Positions 8,942 through 19,669 of a stretch of DNA of 64,000 nt are shown in pieces (position 1 is the stretch's first letter; each line of letters begins with the position of its first letter). Origin of the DNA: Minisyncoccota bacterium (lineage in GTDB: Bacteria > Patescibacteriota > Minisyncoccia > Phycocordibacterales > JABMNX01); assembly GCA_026195275.1 (NCBI GenBank), contig JAPHQU010000002.1, positions 5,964 through 69,963 on the forward strand, read 5' to 3'. A program made the translations under genes and the position numbers. Below the pieces are notes generated by a model. It did no database searches. It saw only the letters and a list, made by a program, of their open reading frames with translations, and was not told the origin of the DNA.

Positions 8942-9845
8942 GGTACTCATGATAACCGCCGACGGGAATCTTGGCGTTCCCGGCACCGAGGCGAATCAAC
9001 GACTTCTGCTCCAAGAGAAGTATGCCGACATCACGCCGGTGTTTTGGGGACGTGGTGCACTCATACTTCCGTTTAGGGTCGGCGGCGCATTCGACGTGGT
9101 CTCGGTCCAGGATCCGTTCTGGCGCGGATTGGTTGGACTTCTTTTGGCGCGGCGGAAGCAGGCACGACTCAACGTGCAGGTACACACCGATCTTGAGGCG
9201 CAAGGTCCTCTGCGCCACTCGCTCGCGCGTTTTGTGCTCCGCCACGCTGATTCAGTGCGTGTCGTCTCAGAGAAGTTGCGCGAGCAAGCTGAAGAGATGG
9301 GAGTTACCGCACCTATTTCGGTGCTCCCTATCTATATTGACATTGAGCGTTTCTGCTCAATTGAACGCGCGCCAAGAGGAGGAGAACACAAAACAATACT
9401 TTGGGTTGGACGCTTTGAAGAAGAGAAAGACCCGCTGCGCGCGATTGACGTTCTTAACGAAGTTCGTGAAGGAGGGGTTGATGCAAAGCTTGTGATGCTC
9501 GGCACAGGGAGTCTCGAGAACGAACTCAAAAAGCGCGCAGAGGAACTCCCGGTCACATTCGCGGGTTGGCAAGACCCAGCACCGTTTTACGCTTCCGCAG
9601 ACGTACTCCTCAACACCTCGCGCTACGAGGGGTATGGCGTCGCAATGGTCGAGGCGCTTGCCGCAGGGGTGCCGGTTATCGCACCCGACGTTGGTATTGC
9701 GCGAGAGGCCGGCGCCATAGTCGTGGATCGCGACAAGCTCGCAGAAGCGATCACCAACACGCTCCGCTCAGGCACACGTGGCGAACTTCAGTTGCCGCTT
9801 CTCTCACAAGAGGAGTGGGGCAGGCAGTGGTCAAAGACTCTATAA
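8925..9845 (+). CDS. glycosyltransferase family 4 (short form)
   Basis: EGYGVAMVEALAAGVPVIAPDVG motif; overlaps upstream gene by 17 nt. Confidence 0.7.
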   Translation: MESKPKVLMITADGNLGVPGTEANQRLLLQEKYADITPVFWGRGALILPFRVGGAFDVVSVQDPFWRGLVGLLLARRKQARLNVQVHTDLEAQGPLRHSLARFVLRHADSVRVVSEKLREQAEEMGVTAPISVLPIYIDIERFCSIERAPRGGEHKTILWVGRFEEEKDPLRAIDVLNEVREGGVDAKLVMLGTGSLENELKKRAEELPVTFAGWQDPAPFYASADVLLNTSRYEGYGVAMVEALAAGVPVIAPDVGIAREAGAIVVDRDKLAEAITNTLRSGTRGELQLPLLSQEEWGRQWSKTL

Positions 9846-10882
9846 TGAAACTCTTAATTTGTACTCAGAAGATTGATAGGAACGACCCCATACTTGGGTT
9901 CTTTCATCGTTGGGTCAAAGAGTTTGCAAAGCATTCTGGGCAAGTGACGGTCATCTGTCTTGAGAAAGGCGAGTACGATCTTCCACAAAACGTTCGCGTG
10001 CTCTCTCTTGGCAAAGAAGAGGGAAAGGGGCGCCTCACATACCTCTCGCGCTTCTACCGCTACATCTGGCACGAGCGCACAAACTACGACGCGATCTTCG
10101 TGCATATGAATCAGGAATACGTTTTGCTCGGCTGGTTACCGTGGAGGCTTTTGGGTAAAAGGATATTTATGTGGAGAAACCACGCCAAGGGGAGTTGGCT
10201 TACTCGGCTTGCTGTTCTCTTATCCGACAAAGTATTTTGTACCTCACCACAGTCATTCACAGCGAATTTTAAAAAGACAGAGCTCATGTCTGTGGGTGTC
10301 GACACAGATTTCTTCAAACCCGACTCATCAGTTCACAAAAGACCGCACTCAATCCTTTTCTTGGGGCGTATAGCACCGGTTAAACGCGTCGACATGTTCA
10401 TTGAAGCCCTACGAATACTTAAAGATAAAGGGATTGATTTTACAGCGACCATAGCAGGAAATTCATTACCACGGGACGCAGAATACGAAACAATGATTCG
10501 CAATAAAGTTCTTACGCACGGTCTCTCGTCCCAAGTAGTGTTCACGGGTTCTGCGTCGCGCACTCAAGCTCGAGATCTCTATCGAGAGCACGAGCTGTAT
10601 GTGAACCTTACTCCGTCGGGTAGCTTGGACAAGACCATTTTTGAAGCTCTTGCCTCTGGCCTCAAGGTGGTCATCTCAAACAATTTTTTTGAAGGAAAAT
10701 TGCCGAAAAGATGGGTTATCACCGATGATTCCGACGCCCATGTTATAGCAGCCACCCTTGAAGATGTTCTTAGTGAGGGTTCAGAGATAGTAAATGATAT
10801 TGCATCATTCACTAAGAAACACAGTCTCAAGAGTCTAATGGATGTATTGGTGACAGCCATGAATGCATCAAGCGCGAAATAA
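9845..10882 (+). CDS. glycosyltransferase family 4
   Basis: MKLLICTQKIDRNDPILGFFHRWVKEF start at TAATG overlap; ORF track start 9566 is an in-frame TTG extension. Confidence 0.7.
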   Translation: MKLLICTQKIDRNDPILGFFHRWVKEFAKHSGQVTVICLEKGEYDLPQNVRVLSLGKEEGKGRLTYLSRFYRYIWHERTNYDAIFVHMNQEYVLLGWLPWRLLGKRIFMWRNHAKGSWLTRLAVLLSDKVFCTSPQSFTANFKKTELMSVGVDTDFFKPDSSVHKRPHSILFLGRIAPVKRVDMFIEALRILKDKGIDFTATIAGNSLPRDAEYETMIRNKVLTHGLSSQVVFTGSASRTQARDLYREHELYVNLTPSGSLDKTIFEALASGLKVVISNNFFEGKLPKRWVITDDSDAHVIAATLEDVLSEGSEIVNDIASFTKKHSLKSLMDVLVTAMNASSAK

Positions 10883-10887
10883 GTAAT

Positions 10888-11997
10888 ATGAAATTGATCT
10901 ACGTTACCTCTAAGAAATTTCCTTCTGGGAAAGTCGATCCTTTTTACGTACGGTCGATGGCAGAGGCATTCACCGCGCTCCTCGGTCGGGACTTCTTGTT
11001 TCTTGTGAGAGGAAGCGTGCCCGACCAACTGAAACACACGAATGCCACAGCAGTGAGAATACCAAACCGTCTGAGGGTGGTCTACTACTTCTTTTTGATG
11101 CCGGTTCTTACAATGTTGCGCAAATGGAATGATTCAGAAACAATATTTATTTCTTATGACCCATACCTTCTCTCGATACTTATATTCTGGCGAAAGGTAT
11201 TCGGATCTAGATACTTCATCTGCTCTGATTGGCATCAGCTCTTTGATGATTGGAAAGATAAATATGTGTCAACAAATAGTGATTACCTGACATGCACATC
11301 GAAAAGGTTAAAGAGACTTTTGTCATCTGCCTGCGACATTGACCCAAGTAAGATATTGGTTGCGTACGGTGGCGTAGACCCGGATATCTTTATCAAGAAA
11401 TCGGAGATAGGTAAGATGGAATACCGAAAGAGGCTAGGGCTGCCAAGAGGCTCGTTTCTAGTGGGTTATGTGGGCGGCTTTAGGAGTGTCGGTATGGAAA
11501 AAGGTCTTGATACCATGATCAAGGCTCTCCCGTATCTGGATGAAAAGATACTCATGGTGTTTGTTGGCGGGTCTGTGGAACACATCAATGAATACAAGGC
11601 GCTCGCGGAGGAGATTGGCGTTGAAGAGAAATGCATATTCGTAGAGAAACAACCGTTTGAGAAAGTTGTCGAGTACGAATTGGCACTAGATATTCTTACC
11701 ATACCGTATCCGGACAAACATCACTTCAGAGACTACGGCTTTCCGATGAAAGTGTGGGAGTGCATGGCCGCCGGTCGCCCGATAGTATACTCGGATCTCG
11801 ATATCATAGGAGAGGTACTTGAGGGTAGGGCGACCTCTTTTCAACCGGACGATGCGCGAAGTCTCGCAGATACCGTGTTGTCTATCTATCAAGATACGGA
11901 ATCTGCAGAGAAGATTGCAAAACAAAACCCCGTGGATATACAAGCGTATACTTGGAAGGCTCGAGCAAAGAATATTTTAGATTTTATACAAATATAG
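10888..11997 (+). CDS. glycosyltransferase family 4
   Basis: GT-B two-domain architecture, FPMKVWECMAAGRPIVYSDL motif. Confidence 0.7.
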   Translation: MKLIYVTSKKFPSGKVDPFYVRSMAEAFTALLGRDFLFLVRGSVPDQLKHTNATAVRIPNRLRVVYYFFLMPVLTMLRKWNDSETIFISYDPYLLSILIFWRKVFGSRYFICSDWHQLFDDWKDKYVSTNSDYLTCTSKRLKRLLSSACDIDPSKILVAYGGVDPDIFIKKSEIGKMEYRKRLGLPRGSFLVGYVGGFRSVGMEKGLDTMIKALPYLDEKILMVFVGGSVEHINEYKALAEEIGVEEKCIFVEKQPFEKVVEYELALDILTIPYPDKHHFRDYGFPMKVWECMAAGRPIVYSDLDIIGEVLEGRATSFQPDDARSLADTVLSIYQDTESAEKIAKQNPVDIQAYTWKARAKNILDFIQI

Positions 11998-12000
11998 CGT

Positions 12001-13830
12001 ATGTGCGGAATTTCAGGATTTAATTGGAAAGATGAACAGAGAGTAGCTTCAATGGTGACGACGCTTACTCATCGTGGCCCGGACGCACAGGGCGTTTTTG
12101 TTGATGCGGGTATATCACTCGGACACAATCGACTGAGTGTCATTGACTTGTCCTCGGACGCAAATCAACCGATGCACAATAATGATAAGACACTAACCAT
12201 CGTTTTTAATGGAGAGATCTACAATTTTCGAGAATTACGAAAGGAGCTTGAAGGGATGTATGCGTTTCGGACAAAGAGTGACACCGAGGTGATCCTTGCT
12301 GGCTATAAGATGTGGGGGGAGGGTGTGGTCGACAGACTCAATGGTATGTTTGCTTTTGCCATTTGGGATAGACAAAAACAGAAACTCTTTTGTGCACGAG
12401 ATCGTGCGGGCATTAAACCATTCTATTACTTTTGGGATGGGAAACGTTTTATATTTGCTTCAGAGATAAAAGGTATTTTGAAACACGATGTACCACGAAC
12501 GCTCAACATAGAAGCATTCAATCACTATATGAGAGTCTTGTATGTACCAGAGCCAATGACCATGATGCGAGACATATACAAGTTACCGCCTAAACACACA
12601 CTGACTCTTAAAGATGGAGACCTCTCTGTTGCGGAGTATTGCGACGAACCAAGTGAAGTACAGCCGCGTTCGTATAAAGAGGCGGTGAGTATGTTGCGTG
12701 AGAAGGTTATCAGTGCCGTAGGCAGACAGCTTGTATCTGATGTACCTGTCGGGGTATACCTCTCTGGAGGTATAGACTCGAGTGCGGTGTTGTTCTCTAT
12801 GACCCAATTTAATAAGAACGCGGAGACATTTTCTGTAGGTTTTGATCTTGGGACAGGAGAAGAAAGCGAAAAATTCAACAGCGACCTTCGGCTTGCAAAA
12901 CAAACCGCAGAGTTCTTTGGGGTAAAACACAACCAGATACTCATTTCTGCAAAAGATGCGCGTAACCATCTGGAGGAAGTAATTGGAGCATGTGACGATC
13001 CAATATCGAATCCGACATCTGTTGCGATGATGCTTTTGGCACGGTTTGCAAAAGATAAGGTGAGCGTGGTCCTGACCGGAAGTGGAGGGGACGAGCTTTT
13101 TGGCGGTTATGACCGATATCGCGCAGCACTTGCTGCATATTATTACAAAAAATTGCCCGGAGCTCTGCGTTCTCTCGGGGATATCCATCCAAAGGTAGCT
13201 AAGCTAGACTACCAAAGTGGCAGCGACTTCCTTGCGCGGGTCATGTTCGAGAAGGACCCGAGACTCTCCAAAGTATTGTCACCGTCTGTGTTTAAAGATG
13301 ACTCATTCAGCAAGCAATATTTTGAGGAGCGGTATATCTCACAATGTTCTGGAGACTTAGCGGATTGCCTCATGGAGACCGATCAGAAGAGTTGGCTACC
13401 GGACCATTTCTTCATGCTTTCTGATAAGATGTCTATGTCGAGTGCTCTCGAAGAACGAGTGCCGTTGACAGACAACGAGCTCATCGCTTTCTCACAGTCA
13501 CTGCCACGATCATATAAGCTAGATCTATTTAGGACGAAGAAGATACTCAAAGATGCCTTCCGAGATGACCTGCCAGGATTCCTCTTTGATCAACCGAAGC
13601 GAGGTTGGTTTTCACCGGGAGCAAAATGGCTACGAAACAAGGAGTTTGCAGGTTTTGCGAAAGAAGTATTGTCAAAGGATTACTATAAGGGCACCAAAGA
13701 TCTTTTTAATTGGATGGAAGTAGAAGATATGCTTGAAAAACATGTCAGCAAAGATGCCTACAACCTGACTATTCTTTGGGCGATACTTACTTTCCAGGTA
13801 TGGGCACGTACGTATGAGATAGAAATATGA
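12001..13830 (+). CDS. asnB: asparagine synthetase (glutamine-hydrolysing)-type amidotransferase
   Basis: MCGISGF N-terminal Cys nucleophile, Ntn glutaminase domain, SGGIDSS PP-loop. Confidence 0.85.
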   Translation: MCGISGFNWKDEQRVASMVTTLTHRGPDAQGVFVDAGISLGHNRLSVIDLSSDANQPMHNNDKTLTIVFNGEIYNFRELRKELEGMYAFRTKSDTEVILAGYKMWGEGVVDRLNGMFAFAIWDRQKQKLFCARDRAGIKPFYYFWDGKRFIFASEIKGILKHDVPRTLNIEAFNHYMRVLYVPEPMTMMRDIYKLPPKHTLTLKDGDLSVAEYCDEPSEVQPRSYKEAVSMLREKVISAVGRQLVSDVPVGVYLSGGIDSSAVLFSMTQFNKNAETFSVGFDLGTGEESEKFNSDLRLAKQTAEFFGVKHNQILISAKDARNHLEEVIGACDDPISNPTSVAMMLLARFAKDKVSVVLTGSGGDELFGGYDRYRAALAAYYYKKLPGALRSLGDIHPKVAKLDYQSGSDFLARVMFEKDPRLSKVLSPSVFKDDSFSKQYFEERYISQCSGDLADCLMETDQKSWLPDHFFMLSDKMSMSSALEERVPLTDNELIAFSQSLPRSYKLDLFRTKKILKDAFRDDLPGFLFDQPKRGWFSPGAKWLRNKEFAGFAKEVLSKDYYKGTKDLFNWMEVEDMLEKHVSKDAYNLTILWAILTFQVWARTYEIEI

Positions 13831-14780
13831 GCACAAATAATACACAACACGATTTGATCGAACGGTTTGCAACCTATGTTTCAGCATACAAACATTCAAT
13901 GCAGTACGCGAGAGAAGAAAGAAGTGCAATTAAAAGAGTCCTCTACGGATTGCAGACATTTGGTTGTTCGTACATTTTTTACAATCTTGCGCGGTTCAAG
14001 ATACTGCCTCCTTGGGGTAGTGTGCGCAACAGATTCTTTTTTGGTAAGAATATGGTCTTACCGATGAGGGACCTCGGCACACATGTATTCTCCATGTACC
14101 AAATCGCACAAGACAAGAGCGAGATACGGTTAACATTGTGGATGCTCAAAAACCTTAGGGACACAGATATCGTATACGATGTTGGTGTTCATTTGGGGTA
14201 CTATACGGCACTTGCAGAGAAGGTTGCCACCGGTGGGGAGGTGCATGCGTTTGAAGCAAATAAGCGACTCTGTCATTATTTACATAAGAATTTCTCTAAT
14301 TCAGGGAGGGTCTTTATCACATGCAAAGCTGTCGCGGGATCTTCAGGAAAGGTCGAGTTTTATGATGCAACTGATGCCGAAGACAGTTCTACGAGCTCAC
14401 GTTTTAATCTGTCAAAATCAGACACAAAGCCGTCGAGTATTCCTAGTGTTAGTCTTGATGCATACACACGAGCAGGGCATAAGATCCCAACAGTGATAAA
14501 ATTAGACATAGAAGGCGGAGAGTACGATGCAATTGTAGGCGCGTCGAAATTGCTAGAGGATCATCGTCCGCGCGTTGTTATGGAAGTGTGGGGTGGAGAA
14601 ATGGGAAAGCAGTACTCTCAAAAGGCAGTCGAGAAACTTCAGAGTCTTGGATATCGCGCTTTCGCCATAGAAAGCGACGGGTCTATTTCTCAAGATCATA
14701 TAGTTGACCCGGTTGCACATATCTCAGGACATTCTCAAAATAATCCCCGAGATAATTTTTTGTTTATAAAAGGTTCATAA
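13827..14780 (+). CDS. FkbM-family methyltransferase
   Basis: VGVHLGYYT, IKLDIEGGEYDAI motif typical of Methyltransf_21/FkbM. Confidence 0.7.
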   Translation: MSTNNTQHDLIERFATYVSAYKHSMQYAREERSAIKRVLYGLQTFGCSYIFYNLARFKILPPWGSVRNRFFFGKNMVLPMRDLGTHVFSMYQIAQDKSEIRLTLWMLKNLRDTDIVYDVGVHLGYYTALAEKVATGGEVHAFEANKRLCHYLHKNFSNSGRVFITCKAVAGSSGKVEFYDATDAEDSSTSSRFNLSKSDTKPSSIPSVSLDAYTRAGHKIPTVIKLDIEGGEYDAIVGASKLLEDHRPRVVMEVWGGEMGKQYSQKAVEKLQSLGYRAFAIESDGSISQDHIVDPVAHISGHSQNNPRDNFLFIKGS

Positions 14781-14784
14781 AAGG

Positions 14785-15888
14785 ATGAAGAAAATTACCT
14801 ATATAGCAAATATCCGCATTCCAACTGAGAAAGCTCACGGTGTGCAGATCATGAAGATGTGCGAGGCATTTGGAAAGGAAGGGCACAATGTAACACTTGT
14901 CGCACCATGGCGATTTAATCCAGTGAAGGCGGATCCATTTGAATACTACGGAGTTGAGCGCAATTTCTCGATTACCAAACTCCCGTCGCTTGATCTGGTG
15001 CGATTTGGCCGGATTGGGTTTTTGATACAGCTCGCAACATTTAGCTTCTCGGCCTTCATCTACACCCTTATCAAAGATGTGGGAGTTATATACTCACGAG
15101 ACGACCTTGTATTGTGGCCAATAAGTTTTTTTAAGAAAAATGTCGTGTGGGAGGCGCATATGCCGCGCGATAATTACATCGCAAAGTCGCTTACAAAAAA
15201 GTTAAAGAAACTGATTGTCATATCACAGGGTCTGAAGGACTTCTTTGTGAATACTGGGATCTCTCCAGAAAATATTCTCGTTGCGCATGATGCTGTTGAC
15301 CTCGAAGACTTCTCTGTACAGGCTGACAAGAAGGAGACGCGAGAAAGGCTGGGTTTGCCACAAGACAAATCAATCGTGATGTATCTCGGGCGGCTTGACC
15401 CGTGGAAGGGGGTTGAGACTCTTCTTGAGACTTCACATATGCTTCCCGAAGACGCTCAGGTTGTTATAGTAGGAGAGGGAAGCGAGCTTGAGCGATATAA
15501 GCAAGAATATCCAAGCGTCATTTTCACAGGCCCGCTTCCGTATCGCGATCTGCCACAAAATCAGCAGGCGGCGGACGTTCTCGTGATTCCAAACTCAGGA
15601 AAGAGCGATGTCTCGCGTCTCTATACATCACCACTTAAGGTGTTTGCACATATGGCATCCGGTGTTCCTATTGTTGCGTCAGACCTGCCGAGTATGCGCG
15701 AAGTGCTCTCAGAGGAGACCGCGACGTTTGCTACCCCGGACGACTCTGACTCGTTTGCAGATGTGATCACTGGGGTGCTCGAGCAGCACGACGAATCTGT
15801 AAGCAAGGCGCGTCGAGCAGTTGGGGTAGTGCGGTCGCATACATGGCACAATAGAGCAAAAGATATTGTTGAATTTATAAAAACATAA
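14785..15888 (+). CDS. glycosyltransferase family 4
   Basis: GT-B fold, KVFAHMASGVPIVASDLPSMREV motif. Confidence 0.75.
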   Translation: MKKITYIANIRIPTEKAHGVQIMKMCEAFGKEGHNVTLVAPWRFNPVKADPFEYYGVERNFSITKLPSLDLVRFGRIGFLIQLATFSFSAFIYTLIKDVGVIYSRDDLVLWPISFFKKNVVWEAHMPRDNYIAKSLTKKLKKLIVISQGLKDFFVNTGISPENILVAHDAVDLEDFSVQADKKETRERLGLPQDKSIVMYLGRLDPWKGVETLLETSHMLPEDAQVVIVGEGSELERYKQEYPSVIFTGPLPYRDLPQNQQAADVLVIPNSGKSDVSRLYTSPLKVFAHMASGVPIVASDLPSMREVLSEETATFATPDDSDSFADVITGVLEQHDESVSKARRAVGVVRSHTWHNRAKDIVEFIKT

Positions 15889-15891
15889 TAA

Positions 15892-16578
15892 ATGAGTAAT
15901 CATTTACAAAATTTATTAAGCCATACACCTGATCTTCTCAGCAGGAAGGTTTTGGACATTGGATCTGGAAAAGGTGATTTTCTGGTTGAGGTTGCTATTG
16001 AGGGAGGAGAGGCGCAAGGAATAGAGAAACATAGAGAATACATAAAGGAAACTCTAAAGAACGCAAAGAGAAACAATGTGTCTGTGAAAGTTACGGAGGG
16101 TGTTGCTGAGAAGCTGCCGTTTCAGGATAAAGAATTTGGATTCATAAACATCTCAGAAGTTATAGAACATGTAAAAGATCCGAATCTGCTTATAAAAGAA
16201 GCTTACCGTGTTCTAGGGGATGACGGTACTGTGTACATAAGCATTCCAAGCAGGTTTAGTCTTAAGGATCCGCATTTTCATTTGTATTTCGTGAACTGGT
16301 TGCCAAGATTCGTGTCGGACTCATTTATCTCTATATTTGGAAAACATAAAGACTACAGTGGCGATGCGGGGAAACAAAGGTTGGGGGAGATGCACTACTA
16401 CAGATTTTATGACATAAAAAGGGATTTGGTTGAAGAAGGTTTCGAGGTTGTTGATATTAGGGAGGACAAGATTCGAAAGAAGTTTCGAGGTTTGCTAGGG
16501 GTAGTCATTCTGATTCTGTATAGACTATTTCTACGTCCATTTTATCTTGATACTTTTCATATCCTTTTAAGAAAATGA
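15892..16578 (+). CDS. class I SAM-dependent methyltransferase
   Basis: VLDIGSGKGDF (motif I), ISEVIEHVKDP, DDGTVYIS. Confidence 0.75.
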   Translation: MSNHLQNLLSHTPDLLSRKVLDIGSGKGDFLVEVAIEGGEAQGIEKHREYIKETLKNAKRNNVSVKVTEGVAEKLPFQDKEFGFINISEVIEHVKDPNLLIKEAYRVLGDDGTVYISIPSRFSLKDPHFHLYFVNWLPRFVSDSFISIFGKHKDYSGDAGKQRLGEMHYYRFYDIKRDLVEEGFEVVDIREDKIRKKFRGLLGVVILILYRLFLRPFYLDTFHILLRK

Positions 16579-17723
16579 AATTAAAATTGAAAACATTATT
16601 TCTTTTGTTTTTGTGCCTATGCCGATATGTGGTTTTCGGCAAAGCACAAAAGAAGCAGAAGACTTTTAAAAAGATCGCGATATTCCAAGGAGCAAAGTTG
16701 GGGGATATGGTGTGCACCACGCCAATGTTTAGAGCTGTTAAAGAAAAATATCCACAATCTCAACTTGTTGTTATCGGTGACGGTGTGAACAAGCGTCTTC
16801 TAGAGCACAATCCTGATGTAGACAGTTATCGTGTGTACAAGGAAGAGGATATTTTCTCGACCATTAAAGAAATAAAGAAAGAAGGTGTGGATTTTGGCTG
16901 CATCACCGGACCCAGCTTCCTGAATCTTGCTGTTCTTTATCTGGCTGGCATCCCACTGATTGTTGCTCCTGTAATCAAGAGTGGTTGGAGTCCTTGGGAG
17001 ACCATGAGTTATAAGATTCTTCGGAGGTTTGTTGAGACCCAACCGCATCACATGGGACAGTATGCCCCCAGAGAATATTTACGTTTGCTTGAGACCATCC
17101 ACATTTTCACAGATGATACAACAAAACACTTAGTGTTTTCTTCACAAGCTCAGCAAGAGACCAGAGCTTTGCTTGAGCAATACGCCGGTCGATTATTGAT
17201 TGGCATTTCACCTTCAGCGGGCAATAAGATAAAAGAGTGGCCAACCGAGCGTTTTGCTGAGGTTGCTAATTACATCGCGTCTCGATACGATGCAGTTGTG
17301 GTGATTATTGGTGGTCCCGGTGACGGCGAATATGCCAAGAGGATGAAAGCGGGTCTTGATAGAGATGTCGAATATGTTGATACAACGGGGATACTCTCCA
17401 TTGATGAATTAAAGGCATTGATAAGCAAACTCAATCTTTTTATAAGCGTAGATACTGGACCCATCTATATTGCAGAGGCATTCGGTGTTCCTACGATTGA
17501 TATAGTCGGACCAGTGGATGAAAATGAACAGCCACCTGTTGGTGAGAGACACAAGATAGTAGTGTTTGGACGAGATAAGCCAGAACTACATATTATGAAC
17601 TCCAGGATATATAATGAAAAGAAGGCTCGGATGCAAGTCGAGTCAATTAATGTCAAAGATGTTATTTATGAGATTGCAAAATTGGCTGTATTCTTGAAAG
17701 AAAATGAAACCAAAAAATCATAA
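16575..17723 (+). CDS. glycosyltransferase family 9 (heptosyltransferase-like)
   Basis: IAIFQGAKLGDMVCTTPMFRAVKEKYP N-term and C-term ISVDTGPIYIAEAFGVPTIDIVGP typical of GT9. Confidence 0.7.
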   Translation: MKLKLKTLFLLFLCLCRYVVFGKAQKKQKTFKKIAIFQGAKLGDMVCTTPMFRAVKEKYPQSQLVVIGDGVNKRLLEHNPDVDSYRVYKEEDIFSTIKEIKKEGVDFGCITGPSFLNLAVLYLAGIPLIVAPVIKSGWSPWETMSYKILRRFVETQPHHMGQYAPREYLRLLETIHIFTDDTTKHLVFSSQAQQETRALLEQYAGRLLIGISPSAGNKIKEWPTERFAEVANYIASRYDAVVVIIGGPGDGEYAKRMKAGLDRDVEYVDTTGILSIDELKALISKLNLFISVDTGPIYIAEAFGVPTIDIVGPVDENEQPPVGERHKIVVFGRDKPELHIMNSRIYNEKKARMQVESINVKDVIYEIAKLAVFLKENETKKS

Positions 17724-18873
17724 AAAGATTGTCATCGGTGCCGGCTACGGCATGGGGAATCTGGGCGATGAGGCAATCTGCGAGACCATTATTAACGATA
17801 TTCATTCTGTGGACGGATCTGCGTCCATCACAGTTCTCGTCTTTGAGAAGAACCTCTTTCTTGAGTCACATCCTGACCTTATTGACAACAGACGCATTCG
17901 CGTCCTGTCTATGGATTTTCGACGAGGAACTCTGCGTAGACCGAGGAAACTGTTTGATTTATTATTGGGAATAGTTGCTGTGATATATTGCGATATATTT
18001 ATCTGGGGTGGTGGTAACCTAATCAGGGATAGAAAATACTGGCTTAACATTTATATAAAACCGTTACTGTTAGCTCAAGCTCTAAGAAAGAAGATTATTA
18101 TATGGTCAATAGGCATTGATAACATCTCTAAGCCTGAGGTTATAAAACTCGCAAATAAGATAAGAAAGGTTGATGCATTTTCGGTAAGAGACAGAGCGAG
18201 TAAGGATAATTTTTTGAACATATCAAGACACTTCAATACTGGAGAGATTGATGTTATACGCGATCCAGTATTTCATTTCTCTAGCTTGGTCAAAAGGGTG
18301 CCTGCGAAGGATTATTGCACAATCGGGTTTAATATAACTTTTTGGAAGGCAGATTTTTCTAATGAAGACAAGACGGAAGATTTCGCGACTTCGTTTGCAA
18401 AGATCTTAAACAGTTTACACGAGAAGATAAAGTTAAGGTTGGTTTACCTTCCGAGTGCGCCAGAAAGAGATTCCTTAATGTATGAGCTTTTGTTAAAGAA
18501 AATGGACCCGTATATAAATCTAGAGTACCCAAAGATATCAACCCCATTGCAGTATGTAGAACATACCTCTGAACTCGATTTATTTATCGGTATGAGGATG
18601 CATTCCATCATTATGTCTTCAAATGTGACTCGTCTGCCTACCCTTGGAATTATCTATGACGAAAAAGTTCAAGCTTTGAGTGAAGAGGAAGGGTTGGGGG
18701 ACAACTTCTTTTCTATTGAGGATGTTATAGAGTATCCAGACAAAGTAGAAAGGAAAATATATGATTCCATAGATGATAAGTTACCGGCAATTGATTTTAA
18801 TAATGTAAGACAGGATTCATTAAAAATGATAGACGTAATAAAACCTATTATTTTCCACAAAGATACTGAATAA
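17704..18873 (+). CDS. polysaccharide pyruvyl transferase family protein
   Basis: IGAGYGMGNLGDEAI, IWGGGNLIRD, MRMHSIIMS motifs of PS_pyruv_trans (CsaB/WcaK-like). Confidence 0.65.
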   Translation: MKPKNHKKIVIGAGYGMGNLGDEAICETIINDIHSVDGSASITVLVFEKNLFLESHPDLIDNRRIRVLSMDFRRGTLRRPRKLFDLLLGIVAVIYCDIFIWGGGNLIRDRKYWLNIYIKPLLLAQALRKKIIIWSIGIDNISKPEVIKLANKIRKVDAFSVRDRASKDNFLNISRHFNTGEIDVIRDPVFHFSSLVKRVPAKDYCTIGFNITFWKADFSNEDKTEDFATSFAKILNSLHEKIKLRLVYLPSAPERDSLMYELLLKKMDPYINLEYPKISTPLQYVEHTSELDLFIGMRMHSIIMSSNVTRLPTLGIIYDEKVQALSEEEGLGDNFFSIEDVIEYPDKVERKIYDSIDDKLPAIDFNNVRQDSLKMIDVIKPIIFHKDTE

Positions 18874-18876
18874 ATT

Positions 18877-19623
18877 ATGAACAAAATATTGTTTACAACT
18901 AGTTGGGATGATGGTTCTGTACTGGACTTGAAGATCGCCGATTTATTATCGCATTATGGTATGAAAGGTACATTCTATATTCCAAAGAGCTTTGATGGAA
19001 AAAATGATAAGCATTCTGCTTATAACCGCCGACTCACAGAGAACGAGATTTGTTCTATTGCTACCTCTCATGAGGTGGGAGGACACTCGCTTACTCATCG
19101 CAGGCTTACCAACATCTCCTTGGAGGAGGCGAGAGGCGAGATCTTCGCATGTAAGGATTTTTTGGATAAAGTTACCGGTTCTCCAACCAAAGCGTTTGCT
19201 TACCCCGGTGGCGAGTTTGACAGGCAGATTACAGGAATAGTTAAAGAGGCAGGGTTTAAAGTTGCCCGAACGACCCAGAAGCTCACCATCCAGATGACTA
19301 AAGGACAGTTTCTAATGAGTCCGACTATTATATGTCAGCCATTTCCCTTCCGTAAATTAGACGCAAATCGATACTATTTTGGGAGGATTCTCGACCCTGT
19401 GAATGCTTATACACCAAAGCAATTTGTGCCCTCGTGGCAGTCGCTAGCAAGGAAGTGGTTTAAGAAATCTCTTGTTGAAGGCAGCTATTTTCATCTATAT
19501 GGCCATTCTTGGGAGCTTGAGAAATATGGTATGTGGCAAGAACTTGAATCCTTCTTGAAATTTGTTAAAGAGTATGGCGACGTTATTTATTTGTCCAACA
19601 GCGAAGTTATGGAACAGGTATAG
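18877..19623 (+). CDS. polysaccharide deacetylase (CE4/NodB-like)
   Basis: TSWDDG and GGHSLTHRRL motifs. Confidence 0.7.
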   Translation: MNKILFTTSWDDGSVLDLKIADLLSHYGMKGTFYIPKSFDGKNDKHSAYNRRLTENEICSIATSHEVGGHSLTHRRLTNISLEEARGEIFACKDFLDKVTGSPTKAFAYPGGEFDRQITGIVKEAGFKVARTTQKLTIQMTKGQFLMSPTIICQPFPFRKLDANRYYFGRILDPVNAYTPKQFVPSWQSLARKWFKKSLVEGSYFHLYGHSWELEKYGMWQELESFLKFVKEYGDVIYLSNSEVMEQV

Positions 19624-19669
19624 AGTCCGACTTTCTTGATGATACATTTCATATTAAACTTAAGATAAG